Origin: Chrysomallon squamiferum
Taxonomy: Eukaryota; Animalia; Mollusca
DNA length: 64,000 bases
Reading direction: 5' to 3'
NCBI GenBank assembly: GCA_012295275.1
Contig: CM022671.1
Coordinates: 29,264,001 to 29,328,000, forward strand
Shown here: in pieces, positions 40,439 to 53,700 of the stretch
Position numbering within the stretch: position 1 is the first letter of the stretch
Layout: each line of letters begins with the position of its first letter
Notes under the pieces: model-generated
Seen by the model: the letters and a program-made list of their open reading frames with translations, nothing else
What the model was told of the DNA's origin: nothing
Databases searched by the model: none
Made by a program: the position numbers and the translations under genes

Positions 40439-41364
40439 GATTATTTTATAAAGTTAAAACAAAACCCAACTTTTTTTATACACACAATTTACACTGACAG
40501 TAACCCGGTTTCCCACGTGAAATGACCAACTTCAAGGTTATGTCGTTCACCTTTAAGCACCATAAGGAACTTTAGAATACAAAAAGAGAGTATATTTGTT
40601 ATTTCATAAATGTATAAAGGAAACCTGGTAAAGTATTAAAATAATATATATATTTCGGAAATCAAATATTACAAATAACAAATCTGAAACAGAGAAAACT
40701 AAACCAAATGTGCATACAGAATTATGATATCTTATGGTTTCCAATTAAAACATTAATTTGCCTGTTCGTTAAAAGAATGTCCTTTAAATGTATTACATAT
40801 AACAAAATATAAATGCAATTTAGAGCTGCATTTTACACAACTGTCTTTGATTCATATTTAAAAATAAGAAATTTATAGTATTTCTTTTACATGGTGCTGA
40901 GCATTAAAGTTTTTTGTTGTAGTTTGCAATAGTTTTGGGAACCTTGATCCGGTAGCAGAATTTTGACCCGGAAGTATAATTGCTATTAAATCTGATATAT
41001 ATTTCGCATTAATTTTAAAAGTATGTTTCAGATTATCCTTTATTCAGTAATGCATTACAAATTACGATATAACAGTTCTAACTAGGCATACCAATCACTA
41101 AATAGAGCATGTTTTTTGTGAAAATTAAAATTTTCACAAAGTTTTTCGATCTGCGCATGCGCTTATCCGGGCTTGCAAAAACATCTGAATGTTGTTCAAA
41201 ATAGGGAATTATTCGTTCTGTCATGTTTAAAATGTATATTTAATCATTCTTTAGCTTTACAAGTGTTCATTTTGTGTATAATATTCCCAATATTTCATTA
41301 GTTCAGTTGTTTATTAAGTAATCCAAAGTAACTTGTGGCAAAAGTTTTGAAACGACTGGTTGAG
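40439..41364. promoter_or_regulatory. Probable bidirectional promoter DRG1/EIF4ENIF1 plus a non-coding first exon of EIF4ENIF1
   Basis: E-box CACGTG 40514-40519, ETS CCGGAAGT 40968-40975, NRF1-type TGCGCATGCGC 41152-41162; strong donor GAG|gtaagg at 41364; acceptor at 42880 before the ATG exon. Confidence 0.65.
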
Positions 41365-42903
41365 GTAAGGACTTGTCAGTTGAACGTCGGGAAAACGAAC
41401 CATCCATGTTTACGTTTTCACTTTTAAGAAATCTTACTTTGAAATCATGATAGTTAAGCACTTTTGTTCTGAATTTCATCCTACAGAATTATACTGTAAT
41501 TATTATTTTTAAAAGGCTTATAATATGTTAATTCATTTTTAAAAAAAAAAAAAATTGTAAAAATAGACTAAAATGTGGCCATCTTTGAAAAAAAAAGAAA
41601 AGAAGTGTTAAGAAATAGACAATCCTTTTTACAAGTTGGTGGCAATCATAAATTAATCTGTTACATTTAACTGACTGACGGTGTGTTTTGTTCATATTTT
41701 AAAATTTGCTATTAAAATTAGTGGTTGATTATTATCAGTATTTCTGTTAAATCCTTACTCTTCAACCATTTAGGTTTACAGTTAAAAGCTGCAATCTAAC
41801 TTTCAACAGAAAGATTAAGTTAAAATGTTTAAGGATTGAACATTAATAGTTTTTGCTTGATATGGTTTATTTGAAAAGGGTGACCATTATTTGTTCAATT
41901 CATTATAAAAGTGTATGGGTTTGTGTAGATGTTGGTGTAATTATAAGTATCTTCATTAATAGGATTTATTTTAGCATTTGTTCTGTCAGTGAAATATATT
42001 TTCTTGTATGCATCCATTGTCCGTCAGCTTTGCATTTACCATATTTCCATTTTAGTTGCTAAGAATAAAATAAATTATTTTGGCATTAACTTTAATAGAC
42101 ATTAATCAGGATATTCAAAGCACTCATAACATTTTTAAATTGATACAGTAGACACTAATACATAAACTGGGCAACAATAAGAGGTACGTGTTTATAATGT
42201 AAAAATGGTTACATCTGCAGTAGATAATTTATTGAACTTCTGTCATAGGTAAAACATTCCAAGGTTGGGGCTGTAGGGCCTCCACCATTAAAAAATTACT
42301 GAAATATGATGCTGAACAATAAAAGATTAAAAACCACTATACTAGACATTTTTGGATTTAAGTCATTATTACTTCTCTCCAACTTCTACATAAAATGTAG
42401 TTTCTGTATTGCTGGTGATATAGCACTTTTGATGAATATGTGCTGTGATACAGTACAGATAAGCAGTAGAAAAGAAGACTCTTTATCAGCCACTGTCAGA
42501 CTGCATATTCTAGCCTAATACAGTATTATTTTGACAAACTAATTTTTAAAATTATGTACAGTTTTTGTAATTCTTAAAAGCCTAAAAAACACATTGTTTA
42601 TGATTTGCTTTTTCATTTTCATCATTTCACAACCTTTTTAAAGAATTTTTTAAATTATATAAATAAATTAATCTCTAGTGTGTCTGGAGATCAACTTCTG
42701 CACTACATTTATATAGACATAGGCATTGTCTGTGAAGTACAGACTAATAGCTACAGCTTTGCAATTCAGTCCCAGTGCAATACACAGTTGAATAATTCAT
42801 ATTTAGTAACTGTACTGATCTTTTTTAATGCAGTGCATGACCTTTATATATTTTATGCAATTATTATTATTTTTTTTCAGATATTGTATATATATAAATT
42901 ATT

Positions 42904-45900
42904 ATGGATGAAGGGAATCAAAGTACTCCTAGCACAGAAGATGGTCAGGAGAATCCAGTGCGTGTTGACACACCAGGTCTCCTTCCTCAGCATCAATACA
43001 GCAGGGTAATTACAGTCTTTATTAATTGGGCACTAATAGATTAATGTACCCACACATTTTGGTTGTTTACATTTGCCAAATACAGCAGTGAAAATAATTT
43101 GTTCTCTTAATCAGCAGAAGATGAAAAATGATCAGCTTGAAAAATTCTTTGTGATATTTACAGTTATGGATAGAAATTAGTGGATATATAATTGGCCATT
43201 GGTTACATATCTGGGGAAAATAGAGAATGTAAATTGTATGTTTTTCTTACATTTTGTTGTTTGGTTGTTTTCTTTTTAGATGTAGAGGGTCTTGCCATTC
43301 TGATGTATAACAAGTTCTTTTTTTTTTTTTTTTTTTTTTTCTAGGAAAAGCTGTTTAATATTTCGGAAAATAAAGCATCACAAAGCAGACCATCATGCCT
43401 AATCAAAGATTATGACAAGTACGTTAAGTATATTTTGTATATTATGATAAAGTGTTTTTATGAATGTGTATTTAATACGCATTTTTATTTATCTTATGTA
43501 CAAAATAAAATAGGTTCTGGTCAAACTGTTACTGAAATAAACATAACAAACTGGAATAGTAATTCTGACCTTCAGAAAAATATTGTTTGTAACTAGTGTA
43601 AACAGATTATTTAAACCATCCTAGATTTTCTATTTCTCAAATGACACTCACATCAATTGATTAAATGTCAAATGAGGAAAACTGACATCAAATAAAATGT
43701 CACTTCAGAGAGTGAATAAAGAAGTAATTTTGGGTGATATTTTGATCTGAATTTATTGACAGCGTGTTTCTAATTGCAGCTGATTTTTGTTATTATTTTT
43801 TGTTATTCAGTTCTGATGGATTGTGGGACCCTGACAAGTGGTTCCGATCTATCAATGGCTCTCGTGAAAATTCACCTTTGACAGTAGCTGCAGGTGACAG
43901 AAAAAGACAAAATGAAGATAGAGAAAATTTTTCCAGAAGACGTTCCTCAGGTAAATGAACAGGCAGTTATAAAAATATTAAAAAATGTTCATATTATTTT
44001 ATTTCTGTTTTTTATTTCCTTATTTCTTCCACACTTGATTATCCTCTTCCAGGTGTAATTAACATCTAAAAGCTGAGTGTGATTTATTATCTTTTTTTCA
44101 ATAGCCACCTCTTAGCATGCATACATTTGATCTAGATTAAATTAGAAATATCAAAATGCTATATAAGCAGTAGCGTTTTCCTTATATATTTATTATTTAT
44201 GTGGAATTAGGCTCTCTGAACATGAGAGCAGTTTTTATAAAACTTTCTTTTTAAAAAATAAAATAACCATTTATTTGATAGATCCCAGAATTGAGAGAAT
44301 TAAAGAAGAAGAACGTGATGGTATTATTTTGAGTCCACAGCGGCGCAGTTTTGGTACAGGATGTCATGTGTCAACACCATTTAACAGAACAATCAGCCTT
44401 CCAGCTGAACCATACAAAGAAAACAATGACAGAGATAGGTAGGAATCTCTTACTTGCAAAACAAATGTACAAAATACCTTTACAGTCACAGAGTTGTTGG
44501 GACGTTAATTAACATTTTTCTTTAAGCTGTAATTTGTTTATTCTATTTTTCAAATATTTTTTTAAGTGTGCTTTCCAGGCACTTCATTGGAAGTGTGCAT
44601 GCAACATAAATGATAGATTATATCCTTTGAGAAAGTTGACATAAAATTAATTTCTTTTAATATTATTTTTATTATTATTGTTATTTTATTAGTCTGGTGA
44701 AGAGAGAGGCTAATTTGTCCTATGAATTATTTTATATGGTTTGTTTTATGTAACAACTGCTATTTAGGGAAAGGCGTGAACGAAGAATTGGAAGTGGTCG
44801 GATTCAGATAGACAGGGATGTGGGAAGAGATCGTGACTATCGCGGAGTCCGAGACCGGTATGAAAGGAATGAGCGAGAAGACCGCCGTTCTGACAGAGAT
44901 GATAGACGGCTGGAAAGAGGTGATCGTCGCAATGATCGAGATGAACGGCGTGTTAGTACTGGCAGCTATGACAGAAATGATCGATATGAAAGGAACAGCT
45001 ATGACAATCGAGTAAGTACAACATTTTTATATTCTCATTTGATAAATACAGATTTTTTAAAAAGAAGAGCATTTTTCAAAAACAAAATTCATAAATGTCA
45101 GTTATCTTAGACAAATTAAATACAGAAGGATTAAAAAGAATTGAACTAAACTTATAATTATTCAGAAAATTATTATTTTTAATGAATTGGTGGTTATAAT
45201 GTGGTAATGAAATACTGAATAATTAATTTATCTTTTTTATTTCAGTCAAATTATAAAAACAGTTACAACAGAGAAGGTGAGTTTTATTTCATTCACATGT
45301 AAATGACACGTGTACACACAGACAAAGTGTTGATTTTTAAATTGATTTTTGTTTGGAGAAAATACAGCTTAGCCTTGTATATAAACTTCGTTAAACCTAT
45401 TGCATTTTGATTTATGCATTAATTCACTAGTTATAATGTTATATCTTAATGTTTGGGTAATTTTAACCTGGTCATATTTTTGGTTTCTTTTGCTTACAGT
45501 ATAATTAAGTACATAAACAAATCTTCGAAGTATGTTTTATTTCTGATTTTTACATTCATCACTGGTATTAAACTGTAGATTAAAAATTAGTCGAACACAT
45601 GATTAAACAAATATACTTCTTTCTGCAGGTTCGAGAGGTCATCGGAAAGCCCATCACCAGGAAGAAGAGCCAGAATGGTTTACCAGTGGTCCCACCAGCC
45701 AGACAGACACCATTGAGTTATGTGGTTTTGAAAAAGAAGAAACTCATCGTGGAGATGGTGAATATGAAAACGAAAAACCTGCCATCAAAGAATCTAGTGC
45801 AGCTGATAAAAATGAAGGTAAAACCAGTTAGATTGGTTTGTCAGTCTTTTTTGTGGATTTATAGGTGCATTCTTTATTCATCTGTTTTCAGAAAATGATA

Positions 45901-48900
45901 GTATTGGTATAATTCAGCAAGTTTAAAATAATGTATTGAAAAATCAGAATTTTATGTGTGCAGTTAAAAAATATTTTTCGTTTTATAGCATAATTAATTA
46001 TTAAAATCTGCTTAATTTGCTTTTTCTTTTTTCATTTAAATATTCCTGTTGTTTGTTTTTAGAAGTTGTACAATATTACAATTTGTTGCAGTTAGATTTT
46101 CATAAATTACGCATGGGTGTGAAATCCTTTTGCTTTTTATAGCATAATTAATGATTAAAATCTAATTTTACTTTTTTTTTTTTCATTTAATAATTCTTGT
46201 TTTTTTTTTCAAAGCCTTAAAATATTACAATTTGTTGCAGTTAGATTTTCATAAATTATGAGCAGGTGTGAAATCCTTTTGCTTTGTTTATGGTAATTGT
46301 ATTTTCTCTCTCAGATATGTTGTTATCACCTGTGTGTGTTTGTCTTTCACAGCTTCAATCAGTGTTACAGACAGGAATGGCAGTCTTGAAACCAATGAAT
46401 CAAGTTCACCAGAGAATTCACCAGCAGATGCAGAAACAAGATTTTCACCTAACACATCACAGTTTGACTTCAACCAGTTTTTCAATGTGAACAACATTCC
46501 AATACCAGGATTAGCTGTAAGATGACAGAATTAAAGTATCTGAAAGCGTATAATTGATTGTTAGAAGACACTCTTTGTTCTGAAGTCAAGAAACAAATTT
46601 TGTGTTAATGCTGGTTAATTAAAAAGATGAAATATGTTGCAATGTTCTCATCAACAGATTTGAAATAAAAAAGAAATATATATATATAATCAAGGATCTT
46701 TCATTATTCTGTTTGCTTGTTTGCTCTGGAATCATAATGTCCTTTCAATATTAACATTTTGAATCTTAAATTTAAATCTAGTTACTGGCTGATAAAAATT
46801 ATTCTTTTTTCCCTCAGGATGACAGTAATGTTGAGAAAGAAACTCCCTCTGGCAGTCGATTCAGTCAGTGGTTCATTAGCCAGGCCGGTCATGTCACTAG
46901 TCAGGAAAACAGCAGGAGATCATCTCTAAATGAAGAATTTGGCTATTTAAATGGTATTTCAGAAGAACAGTTCGAGTCATATTTTAGAGCTATGTCTACT
47001 TATTGCACATCACAGAGTTTAAGATTCTTCCTAACTTATAGAAACTATTAACGCACCATTCATGTGCAACACCTAGATGACTAAGAATTCTTAAATTTTT
47101 ATGTTTTATCTGTTTTCCTCTTTCCATGCTATTCACATAGCCCTTTGTGCAGAATATCTGACAGAATTTGAAAATAATAAAAGTTCTTGCAGTTAACATT
47201 AATTTTGTTTTAAAATTTTCTTTTATACAGGCAAATTTATGAGTAATATAATTTTAATAATTTTCATGATGAAAAAATGTTTTTTATATTTCTCAACATT
47301 TACTTGGTGTTTTTTTTTTGACAGACATCTTGGAAGGTTCTAAGAGTCCTGTAGTTCCATCACCACCAGCTAGCCAGCTGTTTGAAAAGAATCTCTTTTC
47401 TAACCCATTTTTGATGGAGCCAAAGGATGGCATTGACCCTGCTGTGATCCAGCAACAGAAAAGCAGCCCGAATCAGGTTATGCACACACTCTTCAACATG
47501 GCTTCTGCAGAAAAGTCCAACAACAGTAAGTGAATATTGTTGTAGTGTAAGATGAATGTTTTCTAAAAATAAAAGAAAAATAGATAATGTTCATTATGCA
47601 GTGAATATATTCCATAATTCACAAATACATTCAGAAAAATAAAATAGTAGTATAATTTTAGAATTCATTAAATTGAGACAGGTTACTAATAACTAACATT
47701 CTTTTTTCAGTGAACACCAGCAATTTTAGTGCTCACGATGCAGAAGCTCAGCTGAAGGCACTCTTGTTTTCTGGAAAAAAGGACTCGGCTTCATCTAGTG
47801 GCACTGCCAGTCCAGCAAGTTTGGCTCTTGGTAAGCCATTAATTTGAGATTATTTTTAAAATCTTAATCATAAAGAAAAGTAATTCTGGCATCTTTCAGA
47901 AAGCTTTCAAACAGTTCTTTAGCTTTTACTGATAGATCTAAAATAGTTTCTGCTTTACGAATTCTAATTTATTGTTGTGCAAATGGACTAATAGAAACAA
48001 ATGAATTATATAAAAATAAAAATAATTGTTCTAAAGTGTAGATCAAGAATAAATATAAATGATAAAACAGTGAAATATTAAGTTACTTTTTCAGGAGTAA
48101 ATCGACGTGCCAAAACTCTGGCTGAACTTGAAGCAGGTTTCCATGGTGACTCTCCATTGAACAATTCTGTACAGCGCATGATGAGCCCAGCTCAGCTGCC
48201 TCCTTTGACTCAGGAATCGAAACAGGAGGAAGACCTGACTGCATTCAACAAGCTTCTCAGCCTGATGACAGCAGGTGCAGCTGCTGCTGTAGCTCAGGAC
48301 CAACACCCAAAGACAACTGTGAGTCAGTTTGTAAGGGAAGGGTGGGGGTGGAACTGTGTTACATGAAAATGTATTAAAAAATAATTGAAATTATTGTCAT
48401 AGACAGTAGCAATTATTGTGGTAGACAGTAAATAATGCTTAACTTTGACTGAATGTACATTTATAAGTCCTGTTTCTAACCTTACAAATACTGTATTTTT
48501 ATTTGTGAGATTGAAATGGATAAACCACAGAATGATACTATTGATCCAAGGCTTATTTCCATTATTTTTGTAGGAATCAAATTACAAATTACATCTGGAA
48601 TTTTTCTGTTAATTTACTATTTTTGTTATTTTCTTTTAATATGCAGAATTCTGTTACCCAAATCTCCAGATCAATGTCACCACAACTTTCCCAATTAATG
48701 TCAAACAACGATTTCATGCAGGTGGGTTCATAACTCTCTGTTTTTAATTTTTCTCCTGATGTCTGAATATAATTAATTACATTTAAAATATGTAAGAAAT
48801 ATTTTTAAAAATATATTGTATCTGAGGGGTAAAAGGTTGTAAATGGTAAACTTTAAAATGTTTAAAAAAAAGGAAGGAATATATACTAAAGGGCTCTGAT

Positions 48901-51900
48901 ATCTTTCTTTCAGGCTCTTATTAGAAATAAAGAACAGCAGCTTCAAATTCAGCATCAGACTTTGCAGAACATGCGTTACCAGCCTCCTCATCTGCAGACA
49001 TCAAATGTGCCCGCCACATCACAACAGTCATTACCAATTTCAACCCCAGTTAGTCTTGGAACCCCTCGCATGATCACTCAGGATCCAATTCTGAACTTCA
49101 TCCAGCAGAATCCTACCATCATCACAAAGCCCCCATCGCCTGCTCAGAACATCCCAGCACACGTGCAGAACACATCCACCCCTAGAGTGATCTCCCCAAT
49201 GCAGATGATCCCTCCAAACATGCTGCCGAGTCAGGTTCAGCAGACACAGCAGAGTCACAGGACAAAGATTCCATCACCCATCAGTGAGTATTTTATTTTT
49301 CTCTTGTGTATCTCCTAGATAAATCTGCTACAGAAATACACAGCATTTTTAGCGTTGTAATTCGAATAGTGAAGTTAAAGACAAATGTTTTAGTTTCTTG
49401 CCAAAATATTGGTTCGTATGGTTTTAATCAAACGTATTCTCCTATTCTCTTAATCTGTTGTTAGTTTTATTTCAGACTATTTGAATATTTAACATGTTTT
49501 CTTCAGTCTAATCATTTTTGTCTTTTCTTTTCTTTAGTGTTTGGTCAGCAGCCCCCCATGCATCTGAATGCACCATCTCCCATTCATCCCTCTCAGCTGT
49601 CACGTACTCTGGCCAATCGCAGCATTTCACCACATCCCCAGCATCTGATTGTAAGTATATCTAATCAGCTTGGTAAATATAAAGTTTCATTAATGGGGGG
49701 AAAAAAGAGCTGAAGAGCTGTAATGAGAAAATAGTAAAAATATTGTGAAAAATAAAATTTAAAATTACATATATAATTGAACAATTAGACTAATAAAATA
49801 AATTTTGACATAACAAAGGAAAATGTTTGCATATTTTATTGATATTAATTGCATGAATGTTTGGTTGAATGATTTTCTGTTAAAAATGTCCAAGATTTAA
49901 TTATACAATTTGTGTTATGTTTTTATTTTTACTTTTATTTTTATTTATTTCCATTAAAGGCTCCAGCTGCAATTCGACCTCAGACTGCTCGCATCCCCAG
50001 CCCCAAAGAACTAATAGCACATACTCAACTCATCATGCAGAATGCTCTCATTAAGAGACAGCTGGAAGATCAAAAGGAACGTTTCCTAAAAAAGCAGCAA
50101 GAGAGGTAACACTGTTTACCTTAATTCAAAATTAATATTTACAAAATTATTATATAAATCTTAATATTAGTATCCAGGCAAGTTATGTGTTAGAATTATT
50201 TTACTGACATGAAAAAAAAAAAAAAATTAACAGTTTTGTATGTCTGTTTATATACAAAATATTTATAATTTTATATAGTACTATAAGTATTACATTTTTA
50301 CAAATACAGTAATAGATTGGTTTTTCTTTTTACAAAAAGTGATGTTACTTTTGTTTAAATCGAAAGTCATTCCTCATTTGTATTTTCCAGATCTCGGTCA
50401 CCAAACACAACTGTACAACAGAAGTTTGTATCAAGCAGTGAAACTCCCACTATGGCAGGACAATCGAAAGTAAGTGGAATCCACTCAGTATTTGTTTAAG
50501 TCTTTTTTGGGTCAGCAAAACTATTTCAGATGTAATTTTTTAAAATAATTTTGAGTGAACTGTAGATCCATTTTTCTTAAAATTCTGGCCACTTTATCTT
50601 TACTACACAGGTGGTAATTGTGAATATGACTTCATGCTGTTTTATAAATTTGTCTTTAATCTTAAAAGAATGGCAACTGTTTCAGCTGAATAAATTTGAT
50701 TTTGTTTTCAGCCGACTATGTCAGTTGCATTTACACCTACATCAGTGATCAGAAAAATGCACAGTGACCGTGCCTGTGAGAAAGAAAAGAGAGATTCAGA
50801 CAGCAGTCACAGTAAGTGAAGTTTTTAAAACTTAGTGTAGATTTGTGACTTGATATATATATTAATCTGTAAATATAATAAATTATTACTTTTAATTTTT
50901 TTTTTTTTTTTGTATTTTTATATATTACATTTAGCAGAACAGTATTTTCAGCTGCTGGGGGAGGGTAGTACAGAATAACAATCAAATTGTTATTCCAGAA
51001 ATAATTATTTTTAAATCTCTTTCTGGATGTTGACATGTCTACTTTTTGAAAGAAATTATTTTTATTATTGTTGCTGTTGCTGTTATTTAGACAGAAACAT
51101 CATGTACTTTGCAGACTCGCCTGTGCAGTGTCCACCTATCAAACAGTTGGTGAAGTCTGACAGCTCCAACGACAATGGCGAAGAGGATGCTGGAGACAAG
51201 TCGGAAGGAGGCGATGAACGCAAGCTGGATAACACTGAGATGATGTCCCAGCAGGATCAGGAGATCAGATCTCTTCCTGGAATCAACTTCAGCAATGACA
51301 CTGAACAGGTTATGATGCACATTGAAGACAAGGTACTTATTTTATTTCGTTTTCAATTTTATTTTTTTTATTTTTTTGAGCCACTGAAGGTGGAACATTG
51401 TCCAAAGTGTCTTGTCTATCTTGGTCCTGACATCTCAGGACTTGACTTATCACTTGAAAGGTGTAATGCATTTTTAATAAGGACTTCGGTGGTTACATAA
51501 AATATGAGCAGAAAAGAAAGATTGTGGATTTGAAAACATTTTATATCAGGCAGTTCTTGTTTGTTTCAAAAGTATTGAATGTTGGGACAAGACAGTTTTT
51601 TTCTGTTTTTTTTTTTTAATATTACTAAACATGCACATTTGAATACATTTTCAACGCTAAACATTGTATGGTTTCAGATGAAGATGTCTGGAATATCTGG
51701 TCAGATGACTCCAGCAACTAGCCAGAGTGGTGTGAACAAGCCAATGCCCATTCTTGGAGCAGTTTCAAAGGAGAAAGGCATGCGGCCAGTGGTGGGCCAG
51801 AGACCTATACAAAGCAGTCTGCTTCAGAACAATGTACCATGCACCATGCCACCAATGTTCAGCTCGGCAGCTGTTCCTGGACGACCCATTGTGAAAGGTA

Positions 51901-53700
51901 TTAAAACAAATAACATTCCAGTTGCACTTAGTCTAGGGGTCCTGACATAAAGAGCAGCCTAAGATTTTATTCAGTTATTTAGCTTTTATATATAATTGGT
52001 TTAATTTTTTTTAACTTGGTTTACTTTGATGTAATTTTTTTTTTTTTTACTTCTTGTCTTTTATTGTTTAGATTCAAGCAATTCAGGGCAGAATGCACAA
52101 GGGGGTGTTCCAGCTATGTTAAGTGGAATTACCAGCATGACCTCATCCTCGGTGTCCACCTCTGGCACACCCAGACCTCTTACTGGCATGAACTCCTCCA
52201 CTCCATCATCTCGACCAGAAGGTCAGCGGGCAATAGTCGGAACAAACTGTTCTGTTGGAAACGACATATCTAAGCTTATGGAACAGCAGCGATTTCAGCA
52301 GCAACAGCAACAGCAGCAACAACATCAGCAACAAGTCCGACAGCTTCAGAACTCTCAGCTGGGTAGACCTCTGGGAACACCAGTGACAACACCCTCATTT
52401 GGCGTTCCAATCACAGGACGCCTGCCTGTACAGTCAAACCTCCCACCTCCAACTCTGCCACCACCAGTACATCCAGTGGCCAATGCTCTTTTAATGCAGC
52501 AAATGATCCAGAGAAATCTGACTCCAAATGCAGCCAATGGTAATAGATTTTCTTGTATTGTATGAAAATAATTGTGGTTGTTTTTGTTGTTTTTAAAAGA
52601 AGAAGGAAAAAATGTCCAGGATGTTTTGTCAGTTCTGTGATTTTGGTAATTTAACTCTGTTGTTTGTTTTTATTGATGTCTTGCATCAGGTGGGGTGGGA
52701 TGGTTTTGTGCAGGTCAGTGTTAACGTTACCATCATGAATGAAACAAAAATGTTTGAACCAAATGTCATTTCTTCACAGTCAATGCCATCAACCAGCTGA
52801 ACCAATTCAACCAACTGAACCAGTTTGTGGCATTCCAGGCTCAGCAGAGAATGGTTGACCCACGTCTGCAAGGTGCTCGGTTTCCTCCTGTGGTATCTCC
52901 AATGCTAAGCCCCAGAAGCAGTGTGGCTAATAGTATTGGACTGAGCACAGGTGGCAATCCAGCTATTAATGCTGTTCTTGGCAGAGCTATTTCACCACAT
53001 GTTATTCAAGGCCAAAAACTGAGTGAGTATGCCTTCAGTCTTCATTTGTCCATTTATTTTATCATTATTATTTTTCAAATTTATTATACACAGTGAACAA
53101 AGAAATATTTCCATGTATTAATCCCTTAGTTATTACTTAATTTCTGTAATTACTGTTAATTTAGATGGCCATTGCAAATGTGTTTATTTATAAAAGTTAA
53201 AATGCTGGTACCATAAACTTTTTACACAGGTAACTTGCTGCATGTAAGTATTTGTAATCTGGAAGAAAGTCAAAAAGCAATACCACAGTATTTTGTAGGT
53301 TTCTCTATCTTTTTTACATTTTTGTTTTTTTAATTACCATAAATATGGCATTGGTTTCTTTTTGTATTTAAAATAAGATAGATTTAAAATAATTATAATA
53401 ATAATAATAAAAAAAGATGAATAACCAAAATGTTGTTAATATTTAGTATCCTCATTTTATTATTATTATTATTTTTTTTTTTTACCTAAAGATATGAATG
53501 GTCCATTGTCACCAAACATGCAGTCAACACCTATCACCTCAGTGAGCAGTAATAAAGGCAGTGACCCCCACATTTTGAAATGGTTCAGCCCAGAGGTTCT
53601 AAAGAACCAGCTGCCTACCATGCCTCCCCTGCCTGTCCAAGGACAAAAGGTGCTCACTTTGGATGACTTGGAAGGAGCACGCCAGGCACTCACCAACTGA
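42904..53700 (+). CDS. EIF4ENIF1: eIF4E transporter (4E-T), ~23 coding exons, ~1340 aa
   Basis: Exons 42904-43005, 43345-43418, 43811-43950, 44282-44438, 44768-45011, 45246-45276, 45629-45817, 46353-46516, 46818-46953, 47325-47525, 47711-47830, 48095-48318, 48647-48721, 48914-49283, 49538-49650, 49960-50105, 50391-50469, 50712-50811, 51115-51332, 51678-51897, 52072-52539, 52780-53022, 53492-53700 (4023 nt, phases consistent). Motifs: YSREKLF (YxxxxLphi), DGLWDPDKW, ILSPQRRSFGTGCHV, RRIGSGRI, Cup-homology EEEPEWFTSGPTSQTDTIELCGF, SRFSQWF, FTPTSVIRKM, LKWFSPEVL. Confidence 0.94.
45981..46286. repeat. Diverged tandem duplication (~154-bp unit x2) in an EIF4ENIF1 intron
   Basis: ttttatagcataattaat...aatattacaatttgttgcagttagattttcataaatta...gtgtgaaatccttttgcttt occurs twice in tandem. 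Confidence 0.85.
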
